From assembly GCA_964355085.1 (NCBI GenBank), contig CAYHBW010000002.1, forward strand, positions 6 to 64,005: 64,000 bases of DNA, in the 5' to 3' direction. The DNA is from an uncultured Candidatus Saccharibacteria bacterium. GTDB taxonomy: Bacteria > Patescibacteriota > Minisyncoccia > UBA6257 > 02-FULL-45-10c. The notes beneath the pieces were generated by a model. It did not search any database, had not been told where the DNA came from, and was given only the letters and a program-made list of their open reading frames with translations. Position numbers and translations under genes: made by a program. Shown one piece after another: positions 1 to 8,853 of the stretch. Every line of letters begins with the position of its first letter. The first letter of the stretch is position 1.

Positions 1-2
1 TC

Positions 3-173
3 GAGGAGATTTTGAAGACTTTGGCGTCATTTTATGAGCAGGAAGTCGATAATTCCGTCAAAACCATGGTTGCTTTCATTGAACCGGTACTTCTTCTCAT
101 CATAGGCGTGCTTATCGGCACCATCGCTTTGTCGGTCATTGTCCCGATTTATCAGCTCGTCGGTGGCATCTAA
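3..173 (+). CDS. pilC: Type II secretion system F / type IV pilus PilC-like inner-membrane platform protein, C-terminal fragment only (5' end lies outside the window).
   Basis: Frame-3 translation EEILKTLASFYEQEVDNSVKTMVAFIEPVLLLIIGVLIGTIALSVIVPIYQLVGGI* matches the conserved GspF/PilC C-terminal membrane helix. It lies immediately upstream of the pilin genes. Confidence 0.6.
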   Translation, partial: EEILKTLASFYEQEVDNSVKTMVAFIEPVLLLIIGVLIGTIALSVIVPIYQLVGGI

Positions 174-232
174 CTTCCGATCTGTGTTAAAATAAAATCA
201 ATATCATTTTGTTCCGTATGCGGAATTAATCT

Positions 233-3200
233 ATGTCAAAAAGATCCGGCTACACCTTCTTCGAGCTAATGATAGTCATCGGCGTGGCGATAATCTTCGG
301 CTCCGTCGCCCTTCTCAATCTCCCGACCGGTCTCCGGACCAAGCTGGAAATAGACAATGCCATCAACAATCTCAAATCCCACCTCATATTGGGCCAGCAG
401 AGAGCCATCTCGCAGGAGAACGGATCCAGATGGGGAATCCATTTAGACACTTCGATATCCGGACAGCACTTTTACCAGATTTTCTACGGAGACTCCTATG
501 AGACCGGAATCGTCGTCGAAACTGTCTATCTTCCGGATGGAATAATCTTCTTGAATCCATCCGATGGAAACACTGAAGACATAATATTTGAGAAAGTGAC
601 CGGTTGGACGGAAGACGGGCACAGCATAGTCATTGGAATCGAGTCGGTTGAAGATGGAGCATACGATGAAACTAATTCCGAGAATCTTGTCATTTCTGAA
701 GGAACTGGACTGATAGAAATATCGCCGTCTGTGCCGCAGTTCGATATTTCATTGAATACGGATCCGGATTCCGGCACTGTTCAGCCGGGTGGTTCGATTG
801 ATTTGACTGTCAGAGCTGACATAACCGCCGGAATTCCGGAGCCGGTAGTTTTTTCCGCGGAAAATCTTCCGAGCGGCGTGATCGCTTCCTTCGATCAGGC
901 CGGATGCGTTCCGACCTGTTCTACGCCGTTGAATCTGCAGACTTCAGAAAACACTCCCAATGGAAATCATTTTATCAGTATTTCAGCGGTTTCCGGAGGA
1001 TTGACAAAGACCGCAGTTTTTCCGTTATCTGTCAATTTTCAATCCGTTCCCGGTATTCCGGAAGGTTTTTCCGCGGTAGGAGGCAATGCGAAAGTTTCCT
1101 TGAGCTGGCAGACCCCTACTTTTACAGGAGGGTCTTCGATAAATAATTACAGAGTGTATCGAAGCACTGTTCCCGGGAATGAAACATATATCGGAGATGC
1201 CGGAGTTTCTTTATCGTATGTCGATTCCGGTCTCGTGAACGGAACCGTCTATTATTATAAAGTTTCCGCGGTGAATTCTGTCGGCGAAGGATCGCAAAGC
1301 GGCGAGGCGAACGCGCTTTCCGGCGCTTACGCGAACAATGTATCGGGTTATGCTTGGTCCCAGAATGTCGGTTGGTTGAGTTTTAACTGTATGAACGAAG
1401 GAAGCTGTAATTTTTTCGACTACGGCGTAAGAGTTGATCCGGAAACAGGATATTTTTCAGGCAATGCCTGGTCCCAGAGCGCTGGCTGGGTGAGTTTTGA
1501 TGAAGATTACGGTTGTCCGGCCACATTCATAAATCCTAACTGCAAAGCTAGGGTTTCCGGCATATCAACTGGCACTTTTCCGAAACAAGTCGCCGGTTGG
1601 GCTAAGCTGTTGAGCACCAATTCTTGGATGAGTTTGGCCGGAGGAACCACGACGGTTTCCACCGGAGCCAAATCCCCGATGCCCACCGGCCGTTACGGCC
1701 ACGATGTCGCTGTTATAGACGGCAAAATTTATGTTTTCGGAGGAAATCCGAGTAGTAATGTCGGCAGATTGAATCAGAAGTACGACCCTGTTTCCGATAC
1801 CTGGGAATCCAAGGCATTGCCTCCGACAAGCCGTGCTTTATATGTGTCGGCTGCGGCCAAAGACGGTTCCGGGAATGACAAGATATATGTGATCGGCGGA
1901 ACTGTCACAGGTGCTCCCGCTTATACGACCAGCGCGATTGTTGAAGAATATAATCCTGTCTCCGATACCTGGACTGCGAAAACTTCCATGCCGACAAGCA
2001 GGGATGGATCCGCTGCCGCAACGGTCAATGATAAAATATATGTCTTGGGAGGTGAAACCGGCGGAACACAAACCATCTACAACATCAATGAAATGTACAA
2101 TCCGACTACCAATTCCTGGACTACTTTGGCAGCCATGCCGGAAACCAGAATGGATGCCGGCGCGGCCGCGGCAATAGGGGCGGACGGGAAAGATAAGATC
2201 TATGTGATCGGCGGCTGGGGAGGCGGAGCTTCCACAGCGCGGAATACTGTTTTTGAATATGATGTTACAAGCAATACCTGGTCCGTGAAAGCTCCGATGC
2301 CTACTGCGAGATATGATCTTATTCTGGTTACGATCAATAACAAAATTCATGCCATAGGCGGCGGCGCGGAAACGAATGTCGCCAACGTAAACGAAGTCTA
2401 TGATCCGGTTACTAATACTTGGTCTGTGAAAGCTTCGACGTATGAGGGGAGGAGCAGTTCAGCCGGCGCGGCAGCTGAAGGCCAGGACGGAAACGACAAG
2501 ATTTATGTTTTCGGAGGAAACGGTTCAGCCAATTTTTCATCAGTTGAAGAATATGATCCGGGATTGGATAGGTGGACGGGTGTTTCCGTAGCCAGAAAAT
2601 CCCCGATGCCCAACGGCCGGAACGGTCATGGAGCCGCAGTAGTAGCAAATAAAGTCTATGTTTTCGGAGGAAATCCGAGTAGTAATGTCGGCAGATTGAA
2701 TCAGAAGTACGACCCTGTTTCCGATACCTGGGAATCCAAGGCATTGCCTCCGACAAGCCGTGCTTTATATGTGTCGGCTGCGGCCAAAGACGGTTCCGGG
2801 AATGACAAGATATATGTGATCGGCGGAACTGTCACAGGTGCTCCCGCTTATACGACCAGCGCGATTGTTGAAGAATATAATCCTGTCTCCGATACCTGGA
2901 CTGCGAAAACTTCCATGCCGACAAGCAGGGATGGATCCGCTGCCGCAACGGTCAATGATAAAATATATGTCTTGGGAGGTGAAACCGGCGGAACACAAAC
3001 CATCTACAACATCAATGAAATGTACAATCCGACTACCAATTCCTGGACTACTTTGGCAGCCATGCCGGAAACCAGAATGGATGCCGGCGCGGCCGCGGCA
3101 ATAGGGGCGGACGGGAAAGATAAGATCTATGTGATCGGCGGCTGGGGAGGCGGAGCTTCCACAGCGCGGAATACTGTTTTTGAATATGATGTTACAAGCA

Positions 3201-3655
3201 ATACCTGGTCCGTGAAAGCTCCGATGCCTACTGCGAGATATGATCTTATTCTGGTTACGATCAATAACAAAATTCATGCCATAGGCGGCGGCGCGGAAAC
3301 GAATGTCGCCAACGTAAACGAAGTCTATGATCCGGTTACTAATACTTGGTCTGTGAAAGCTTCGACGTATGAGGGGAGGAGCAGTTCAGCCGGCGCGGCA
3401 GCTGAAGGCCAGGACGGAAACGACAAGATTTATGTTTTCGGAGGAAACGGTTCAGCCAATTTTTCATCAGTTGAAGAATATGATCCGGGATTGGATAGGT
3501 GGATCGGTTCGGCTACCCAGAATCTTATCACTACGTTCGCTTACGGCGTTCAGCTGGAATCAAACGGAGATTTTTCAGGATATTCCTGGGAAGACGGCGC
3601 TCTTGGCTGGGTCCGCTGGAAAGATGCCTCTTATAATGTCGAGGTCAATTGGTAA
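233..3655 (+). CDS. 1140-aa type IV pilin-like protein. It has a prepilin N-terminal cleavage/methylation motif, a fibronectin type III domain and two six-bladed Kelch beta-propellers, and is a putative pilus-tip adhesin.
   Basis: The N-terminus MSKRSGYTFFELMIVIGVAIIFG is a class III signal with G-(F/Y)T-x-x-E. The FN3 signature reads VSLSWQTPTFTGGSSINNYRVYRS...YYYKVSAVNSVGEG. Kelch blades recur as DGKIYVFGG...YDPVSDTWE. GYAWSQNVGWLSF-type repeats are present. Confidence 0.85.
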   Translation: MSKRSGYTFFELMIVIGVAIIFGSVALLNLPTGLRTKLEIDNAINNLKSHLILGQQRAISQENGSRWGIHLDTSISGQHFYQIFYGDSYETGIVVETVYLPDGIIFLNPSDGNTEDIIFEKVTGWTEDGHSIVIGIESVEDGAYDETNSENLVISEGTGLIEISPSVPQFDISLNTDPDSGTVQPGGSIDLTVRADITAGIPEPVVFSAENLPSGVIASFDQAGCVPTCSTPLNLQTSENTPNGNHFISISAVSGGLTKTAVFPLSVNFQSVPGIPEGFSAVGGNAKVSLSWQTPTFTGGSSINNYRVYRSTVPGNETYIGDAGVSLSYVDSGLVNGTVYYYKVSAVNSVGEGSQSGEANALSGAYANNVSGYAWSQNVGWLSFNCMNEGSCNFFDYGVRVDPETGYFSGNAWSQSAGWVSFDEDYGCPATFINPNCKARVSGISTGTFPKQVAGWAKLLSTNSWMSLAGGTTTVSTGAKSPMPTGRYGHDVAVIDGKIYVFGGNPSSNVGRLNQKYDPVSDTWESKALPPTSRALYVSAAAKDGSGNDKIYVIGGTVTGAPAYTTSAIVEEYNPVSDTWTAKTSMPTSRDGSAAATVNDKIYVLGGETGGTQTIYNINEMYNPTTNSWTTLAAMPETRMDAGAAAAIGADGKDKIYVIGGWGGGASTARNTVFEYDVTSNTWSVKAPMPTARYDLILVTINNKIHAIGGGAETNVANVNEVYDPVTNTWSVKASTYEGRSSSAGAAAEGQDGNDKIYVFGGNGSANFSSVEEYDPGLDRWTGVSVARKSPMPNGRNGHGAAVVANKVYVFGGNPSSNVGRLNQKYDPVSDTWESKALPPTSRALYVSAAAKDGSGNDKIYVIGGTVTGAPAYTTSAIVEEYNPVSDTWTAKTSMPTSRDGSAAATVNDKIYVLGGETGGTQTIYNINEMYNPTTNSWTTLAAMPETRMDAGAAAAIGADGKDKIYVIGGWGGGASTARNTVFEYDVTSNTWSVKAPMPTARYDLILVTINNKIHAIGGGAETNVANVNEVYDPVTNTWSVKASTYEGRSSSAGAAAEGQDGNDKIYVFGGNGSANFSSVEEYDPGLDRWIGSATQNLITTFAYGVQLESNGDFSGYSWEDGALGWVRWKDASYNVEVNW
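1730..3503 (+). repeat. Exact tandem duplication inside the 1140-aa pilin gene, with a 927-bp period. Positions 1730-2576 are identical to 2657-3503 (847 bp), and an 80-bp divergent junction separates them. Each copy encodes one Kelch propeller.
   Basis: Antisense ORFs 1838..2350 and 2765..3277 are 100% identical 170-aa products. Sense ORFs 1911..2177 and 2838..3104 are also identical. Direct reading shows the two copies diverge at 2577/3504. Confidence 0.9.
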
Positions 3656-3768
3656 TTGTTATTGGAGATGACATCGCTATCGGTTCTGATCCGTGCGACG
3701 GAATCAGTTTTGAATATCTTTGTTTTTGAGAAATCAGATTTTGGAATTCCTGTGTTAAAATACAGTTA

Positions 3769-5577
3769 ATGAGAAAGGGGCAATCTTTAATCGAAGTTTT
3801 CATCGCAATGGGGGTCGGAATTCTTATGCTTAGCGGAATCACGACCGCTTTTTCATTGACATTGAGATCGAACGAACACGCCGAAAAGAGCCGGAATGCG
3901 GCTATTTTGAGCGATGCTTTGATGGAATCGGCCAGGTCTTTCGCCGACGGCAATTGGCCGGGTCTTTACGGTCTTCCTCATGGTTCCGGAAACAAGCATC
4001 ATTTTTTGAATTCCGGAGGTACGCTTGCGGCGCAATCCGGCATAGAGACCGTCAATCTCAACACCTTTGATTATACGAGATCGTTTTATGCCGAAAATGT
4101 TTCCAGGGATATAAATGGAGACATCGAATCGGTTTACAATCCGAACAATGAAGATCCTTCCACGCAGAAGATAACGGTTGAAACTGACTATGTTATATTC
4201 GGAGCCGCCAGGAATTTGACTGTTTATTTTTATGTCACCAGGATGCGCAATTTTATTTTCATGCAGACCGACTGGTCGGGCGGGGATGGTCAGGACGGTC
4301 CGATTATGATCGCGGACGATGAATTTTCATCGGAGACGAACGTTGATTACTCGACTGTTCCGGGGTCAATCATGCCGGTCGCCGATCATGAGGTGGATAT
4401 CTATGTGGCGGATCTGGATAACGACCGCATCCAGAGATTCGATGAAAACGGGGATTTCATCGTGAAGTGGGGAGCGCAGGGATCTGATCCGGGCGAGTTT
4501 AAGAAGCCCTACTCCGTGGCGATCGATTCTTTGAATAATGTCTATGTCGTGGATAAGGATAATGATCGGATCCAGAAATTCAATTCCAGCGGCGATTTTC
4601 TTGCGACTTGGGGATCCAGCGGATCCGGAGACGGCCAATTCGGCCATCCGCAGGGAATTGCGGTGGATTCGGAAAACAACATATACGTCGTCGATCTGGA
4701 CAGGGATCGGATCCAGAAATTCAATTCCAGCGGCGATTTTCTCCTGAAATGGGGGACCAACGGAAACGGCAACGGGCAGTTTAATAAACCGCAGGATGTT
4801 ACAGTCGACAGCGAAGATGATGTCTATGTTACGGATCAGGACAATAACCGAGTCCAGAAATTCGATTCTGCGGGAAATTTTCTCCTGAAATGGGGGACCA
4901 ACGGAAACGGCAACGGGCAGTTCATGAAACCGGTCGGAATCGGAACAGACAGCGGAGATAACGTATATGTGGCGGACAGGGATAATGATCGGATCCAGAA
5001 ATTCAATTCTGCCGGAACTTTCGTGCGTAAATGGGGTAGCGCCGGATCTGATGCCGGAGAATTCCAGAAGCCGCAGGGAGTGACGGCCGATCAGTATGAT
5101 TTCGTCTATGTGGCGGACAGCAATAACCACCGCATCCAGAAATTCGATTCCGACGGGAATTTCGTCCTGGAGTGGGGGGATTCCGGAAGCGCCGATGGAG
5201 AATTCAATCATCCGCGCGGAATGGAATATATTCCGGCTGTCTGTACCGGAGAGTGCAGTCTTATTTCCAGTATTTTCGATACGCAGCTGGCCGGTGGCGC
5301 ATCTTTGAATACGGTCATGTGGCAAGGGACGTATCCTGCCGGGACGTCCGTGAAATTCCAGTTCGCGTCTTCTAATAACAGTGCCGGACCTTGGAATTTC
5401 ACCGGCCCGGGCGGTTCAAGCGCCACTTTTTATTCTCCTTCCTCCACGAATTATCAGAAAGCCATAGATTATACGGAACATTACGGCAGGAGATATTTCC
5501 GTTATAAGATTTTTTTTGAAATTAGCGGATCCTCTGTTCCCCGGATGGACGATATTATTCTGGGATTCAGCCGGTAA
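3769..5577 (+). CDS. Type IV pilin-like / pseudopilin protein with a prepilin N-terminus and an NHL-repeat beta-propeller domain.
   Basis: The N-terminus MRKGQSLIEVFIAMGVGILML is a GQSLIE prepilin motif followed by a hydrophobic helix. At least six NHL repeats follow, of the form DNDRIQKFNSSGDFLxKWGxxGSGDGQFxxPxGIAVDSxxNIYVxD. Confidence 0.8.
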   Translation: MRKGQSLIEVFIAMGVGILMLSGITTAFSLTLRSNEHAEKSRNAAILSDALMESARSFADGNWPGLYGLPHGSGNKHHFLNSGGTLAAQSGIETVNLNTFDYTRSFYAENVSRDINGDIESVYNPNNEDPSTQKITVETDYVIFGAARNLTVYFYVTRMRNFIFMQTDWSGGDGQDGPIMIADDEFSSETNVDYSTVPGSIMPVADHEVDIYVADLDNDRIQRFDENGDFIVKWGAQGSDPGEFKKPYSVAIDSLNNVYVVDKDNDRIQKFNSSGDFLATWGSSGSGDGQFGHPQGIAVDSENNIYVVDLDRDRIQKFNSSGDFLLKWGTNGNGNGQFNKPQDVTVDSEDDVYVTDQDNNRVQKFDSAGNFLLKWGTNGNGNGQFMKPVGIGTDSGDNVYVADRDNDRIQKFNSAGTFVRKWGSAGSDAGEFQKPQGVTADQYDFVYVADSNNHRIQKFDSDGNFVLEWGDSGSADGEFNHPRGMEYIPAVCTGECSLISSIFDTQLAGGASLNTVMWQGTYPAGTSVKFQFASSNNSAGPWNFTGPGGSSATFYSPSSTNYQKAIDYTEHYGRRYFRYKIFFEISGSSVPRMDDIILGFSR

Positions 5578-5578
5578 T

Positions 5579-6028
5579 ATGAAAAAATATTTTAAAATTA
5601 AAAATTTAAAATTTGAATTTTCGAACGGCATAGCCGCCCTGCCTTTGGTGCTTATGATCGGTGGTTTGATCGGGGAAATATTCGTCGCTCTGCTGGTCGG
5701 AAATTTTTTCCTGGTTCAGTCGGAGTCCGGTCTGCGGGCGAGTTCCAAAGCTTTTTTGGCAGCGCAATCCGGATATCAGGACGCTTTCATCAGGATCATA
5801 AGGAATAAGAGCTCTGAAGGATCGTATACCCTGAATTTCTCGGACAGTTCTGCGGATGTGACTGTCTGCCGTAATTTGCCGGAACCGGCCTGCGCGGGTT
5901 TGAATAAGGATAAAATCACGGTCCTCGGGAGATATCATGATAAGAACCGGAAATTTGAAGCCGTGCTTGATGTGAATCAGTCGACCGGAGAAGCGACTCT
6001 CGAGTCATTCAATGAAGTGGCGCTGTAA
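5579..6028 (+). CDS. Small membrane-anchored protein in the pilus locus. It resembles a PilX N-terminal-domain minor pilin or pilus assembly factor.
   Basis: The start ATG at 5579 lies one nucleotide after the upstream stop. A hydrophobic segment GIAALPLVLMIGGLIGEIFVALLV is followed by SKAFLAAQSGYQDAF, which resembles the PilX_N motif. The gene sits between the pilin genes and pilM. Confidence 0.4.
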   Translation: MKKYFKIKNLKFEFSNGIAALPLVLMIGGLIGEIFVALLVGNFFLVQSESGLRASSKAFLAAQSGYQDAFIRIIRNKSSEGSYTLNFSDSSADVTVCRNLPEPACAGLNKDKITVLGRYHDKNRKFEAVLDVNQSTGEATLESFNEVAL

Positions 6029-6062
6029 GACGCATTATTCCATTTGGGTTATAATTAAATTA

Positions 6063-7577
6063 ATGAATTCAATCTTGGAAAAATTGAAGTCGGTATTTCA
6101 TCGTCTGATTTTCCCGCACGAGGCCATTGCCGGACTTGAAATAAAGGACGCCGCTCTGCGTGTCGCAGAGATATCTTCCGGCGGTGTTCTGAAAAAAGAA
6201 GGATTGCTCCTTGAGCCGGGAATAATAGAGGACGGGATCATCCGGGACAGGACGCGCCTCGTCAGCCAGTTGAAGGATCTCAAGAAACAATTCGCGCCCG
6301 GCCTGAAAAACAGCATTCCGGTCATCGCCATTGTTCCGTCTTCGATCGTTTATGCGAAGGTCTTCTCCCTTCCTCTTCTTAGTGAGGAAAGCAGGGCGGA
6401 AGCGATTCAACTTAATTTACAGGGAATATCTCCGGTTGATTTCAAAATCGCTTATTCGGACTGGGAACAGCTCGGAGATCAGGAAAAAGACGGGTCGGTG
6501 GAGATTTTAGGTGCCTTCGCCAGGCGCGATGCCGTTGATTCCTATGTCAGCGCGCTTGAAGAAGCGGGTTTTTCTCCTGTTGCGGTTGAATTCCCGGCTT
6601 TGGCGATTGCGCGGGCCATCAAACAATATGCGATTGGAGTCGATATCGGAAAGCCGCAGGTTGTCGTGAATGTTTCCAGTGACGGCATCGATTTCATGGT
6701 CCTGAAAAGCGGGAACATATATTTCGATTATTTCACTCCGTGGAAGCTGATGAAGCTTGAGGACCGGGCTTCCCGTGAAATTCCTTTCGATGATTTCAAG
6801 AACACCATAGTCCGGGAGATTAAAAAAGTATCGACATTTTACGCAAGCCATTGGGGGGGTTCGCTGAATAGTCTGATAATCATCACCCAGGCCCTTGAAA
6901 AAGAGATATCCGAATTCATAGTCAAGCAGTTCAATTACGAGGTGAAAACTCTCGCACTAAGGGAATTCACCGATGTCCCGATTTCCTGGATCGGGGTGCT
7001 CGGGAGCGCCTTCCGCGGAACAATCCCGCGATCGCGCGATATTCTGATAAGTCTGGAAGCGGTCGGAACGGAGAGCGGATATCTTTATACGCAGATCAGA
7101 TTTTTCATAAAGGTTTGGAGGAATATATTGATCACTGTTGCGGTTTTTTTCCTGATCGTATTCATATCCGTGGACAGTTTTTTTGCCAAAAAATTGAATG
7201 AGTCTTCGGAGCAGATACGGCAGGTGTCGGCGATGCCGGGGGGTAATGAGGTCTCTGAACTTCAAAAATCAGTCACTGTATTCAATGGTTTTGTCGAGAA
7301 GGCCTCTTACGCGCGCGAACGGAGCAGAGGTTGGTCAGAATTGTTATCCAAACTCGACTTATTGTCCGGCAACGTTGAATTTATCAGGATTTCGATAAAT
7401 TCTGATCAGAAATCCGCGTTTATCGTCGGAAGATCGGCCAGTCAGGCCGAAGCCATCGCTTTCAAGAACAAGTTGGTAAGCGAGGGATTCAAGGACGCGA
7501 ATCTTCCTCTTTCAAAAATAGAAACCGGCAAAGACGGATTGGTGACTTTTTCAATAACCTTCTCCTTGCCTTCCTAG
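6063..7577 (+). CDS. pilM: Type IV pilus assembly PilM (actin-like ATPase fold) fused to a PilN/PilO-like membrane-anchored domain.
   Basis: The N-terminal half, AIAGLEIKDAALRVAEI..., is PilM/FtsA-like. A central TM segment ITVAVFFLIVFISV is followed by a periplasmic PilN/O-like domain. The internal Met at 6063 is chosen as the start; the ORF track starts at 6012. Confidence 0.7.
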   Translation: MNSILEKLKSVFHRLIFPHEAIAGLEIKDAALRVAEISSGGVLKKEGLLLEPGIIEDGIIRDRTRLVSQLKDLKKQFAPGLKNSIPVIAIVPSSIVYAKVFSLPLLSEESRAEAIQLNLQGISPVDFKIAYSDWEQLGDQEKDGSVEILGAFARRDAVDSYVSALEEAGFSPVAVEFPALAIARAIKQYAIGVDIGKPQVVVNVSSDGIDFMVLKSGNIYFDYFTPWKLMKLEDRASREIPFDDFKNTIVREIKKVSTFYASHWGGSLNSLIIITQALEKEISEFIVKQFNYEVKTLALREFTDVPISWIGVLGSAFRGTIPRSRDILISLEAVGTESGYLYTQIRFFIKVWRNILITVAVFFLIVFISVDSFFAKKLNESSEQIRQVSAMPGGNEVSELQKSVTVFNGFVEKASYARERSRGWSELLSKLDLLSGNVEFIRISINSDQKSAFIVGRSASQAEAIAFKNKLVSEGFKDANLPLSKIETGKDGLVTFSITFSLPS

Positions 7578-8119
7578 AGCCGGTTGATCTGTTTTGCAAT
7601 TGCCGCAAATGCGGACATCAGCAGGCGTTTATGCGTCGGGACGATGTTTTTCAGGACGAATTCGGACGCTTTTTTTTTCGGTGTTCCGGATTTCGACGGC
7701 GGACGTATCCCGATCCTTATTCTCCAGAATTTATTCGTTTTCAGGTGCTGAATGGCGCTTTCAATCCCTTTGTGTCCGCCGGAGCCCCTTTCAAAAGACA
7801 GCTTGTATTCGCCGAGCAGGATATCGGAGTCATCATGCATGATAAGGAGCTCTTCCGGTCCGGCTTTGAAATATCTTAGGGAATTTTTTATCGGTAGGCC
7901 TGATTCGTTCATATAGGTCAGGGGTTTGATGAATATGGCGTTTCCGTTTTCGGCAAATTCGAATTTTTTATCTTTCACCGTCTTCATCGGAAGTTTTTTC
8001 ACCTTGTTTATGAAATAGTCCACCGCCAAAAAGCCGGCGTTATGATAGGTATTTTCGTATTCTTTACCGGGATTTCCAAGGCCGGCGATTATTTTATAGC
8101 TTTGTCTTTCAGAGTCCAT
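7574..8119 (-). CDS. pth: Peptidyl-tRNA hydrolase.
   Basis: Contains IIAGLGNPGKEYENTYHNAGF and the HDDSD motif, and is the full Pth length. Confidence 0.9.
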   Translation of the reverse strand: MDSERQSYKIIAGLGNPGKEYENTYHNAGFLAVDYFINKVKKLPMKTVKDKKFEFAENGNAIFIKPLTYMNESGLPIKNSLRYFKAGPEELLIMHDDSDILLGEYKLSFERGSGGHKGIESAIQHLKTNKFWRIRIGIRPPSKSGTPKKKASEFVLKNIVPTHKRLLMSAFAAIAKQINRL

Positions 8120-8246
8120 TATATGGATAATAATACTATAAATATTCCCGCATGTCCTGCCGCAGGATATCCTGCCGGACTGCTGATCCGCCGATTGGCG
8201 CAGTTCGGTATTGTAATATCCGGTCTTTAGAATTAAAATACAGATT

Positions 8247-8783
8247 ATGCGCGTATTTTTATTGGCTGTTTGGGAAGTTCTCGAAGTCGTATTGGTGGCT
8301 GTTGTGACGGTTTTTCTGATCCGATCTTTTCTGATTCAGCCTTTTTTGGTGAGCGGGGCAAGTATGGAACCGAATTTCGGAAGCGGAAATTATCTTCTGA
8401 TTGATGAGCTGACTTATCGGTTCCGGGAGCCGGAGAGAGGCGAGGTGATTGTTTTCCGGTATCCGGAAAATCCTTCCACTTATTATATAAAAAGGATCGT
8501 GGGGCTCCCGGGAGAGACCGTAAATATCCAGCGCGGCGCGGTGAAAATAACCGGGTCTGACGGCAAGGAATTTGTCCTGAAAGAGGAGTATCTTCCTGTC
8601 GGGGCTTTGACTTCCGGAAACAAGACCGTAACGCTCGGGTCTGCGGAATATTTCATGCTCGGCGACAACCGCAATTACAGTTTTGATTCCAGAAGCTGGG
8701 GGCCTATGGACAGGAAGTACATAATCGGGATAGCCCGGCTCCGGCTTCTTCCGCTGACGGAGATCGAGGCGTTTACTTATTGA
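8247..8783 (+). CDS. lepB: Signal peptidase I.
   Basis: Contains SGASMEPN (the catalytic Ser box), YIKRIVGLPGETV and GDNRNYSFDSRSWGP. Confidence 0.9.
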   Translation: MRVFLLAVWEVLEVVLVAVVTVFLIRSFLIQPFLVSGASMEPNFGSGNYLLIDELTYRFREPERGEVIVFRYPENPSTYYIKRIVGLPGETVNIQRGAVKITGSDGKEFVLKEEYLPVGALTSGNKTVTLGSAEYFMLGDNRNYSFDSRSWGPMDRKYIIGIARLRLLPLTEIEAFTY

Positions 8784-8853
8784 TAGTTAAAGAGTAAAAT
8801 GAGATATCAACCGAGTTCGACCTTATAACTTTCAACTTTAAACTTTTTATTGC

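Noticed and set aside
1838-3277. Two identical 170-aa minus-strand ORFs (1838..2350 and 2765..3277) and two identical plus-frame 88-aa ORFs.
   Set aside because: They are antisense or off-frame shadows of the tandem duplication inside the 1140-aa pilin gene. The composition is Arg/Ser/Gly-rich nonsense and the ORFs are fully nested in a strongly supported coding frame.
4366-5325. A 319-aa minus-strand ORF inside the NHL pilin gene.
   Set aside because: It is the antisense of a repetitive coding region. The translation (IEFLD repeats) simply mirrors the NHL repeat periodicity, and there is no independent start context.
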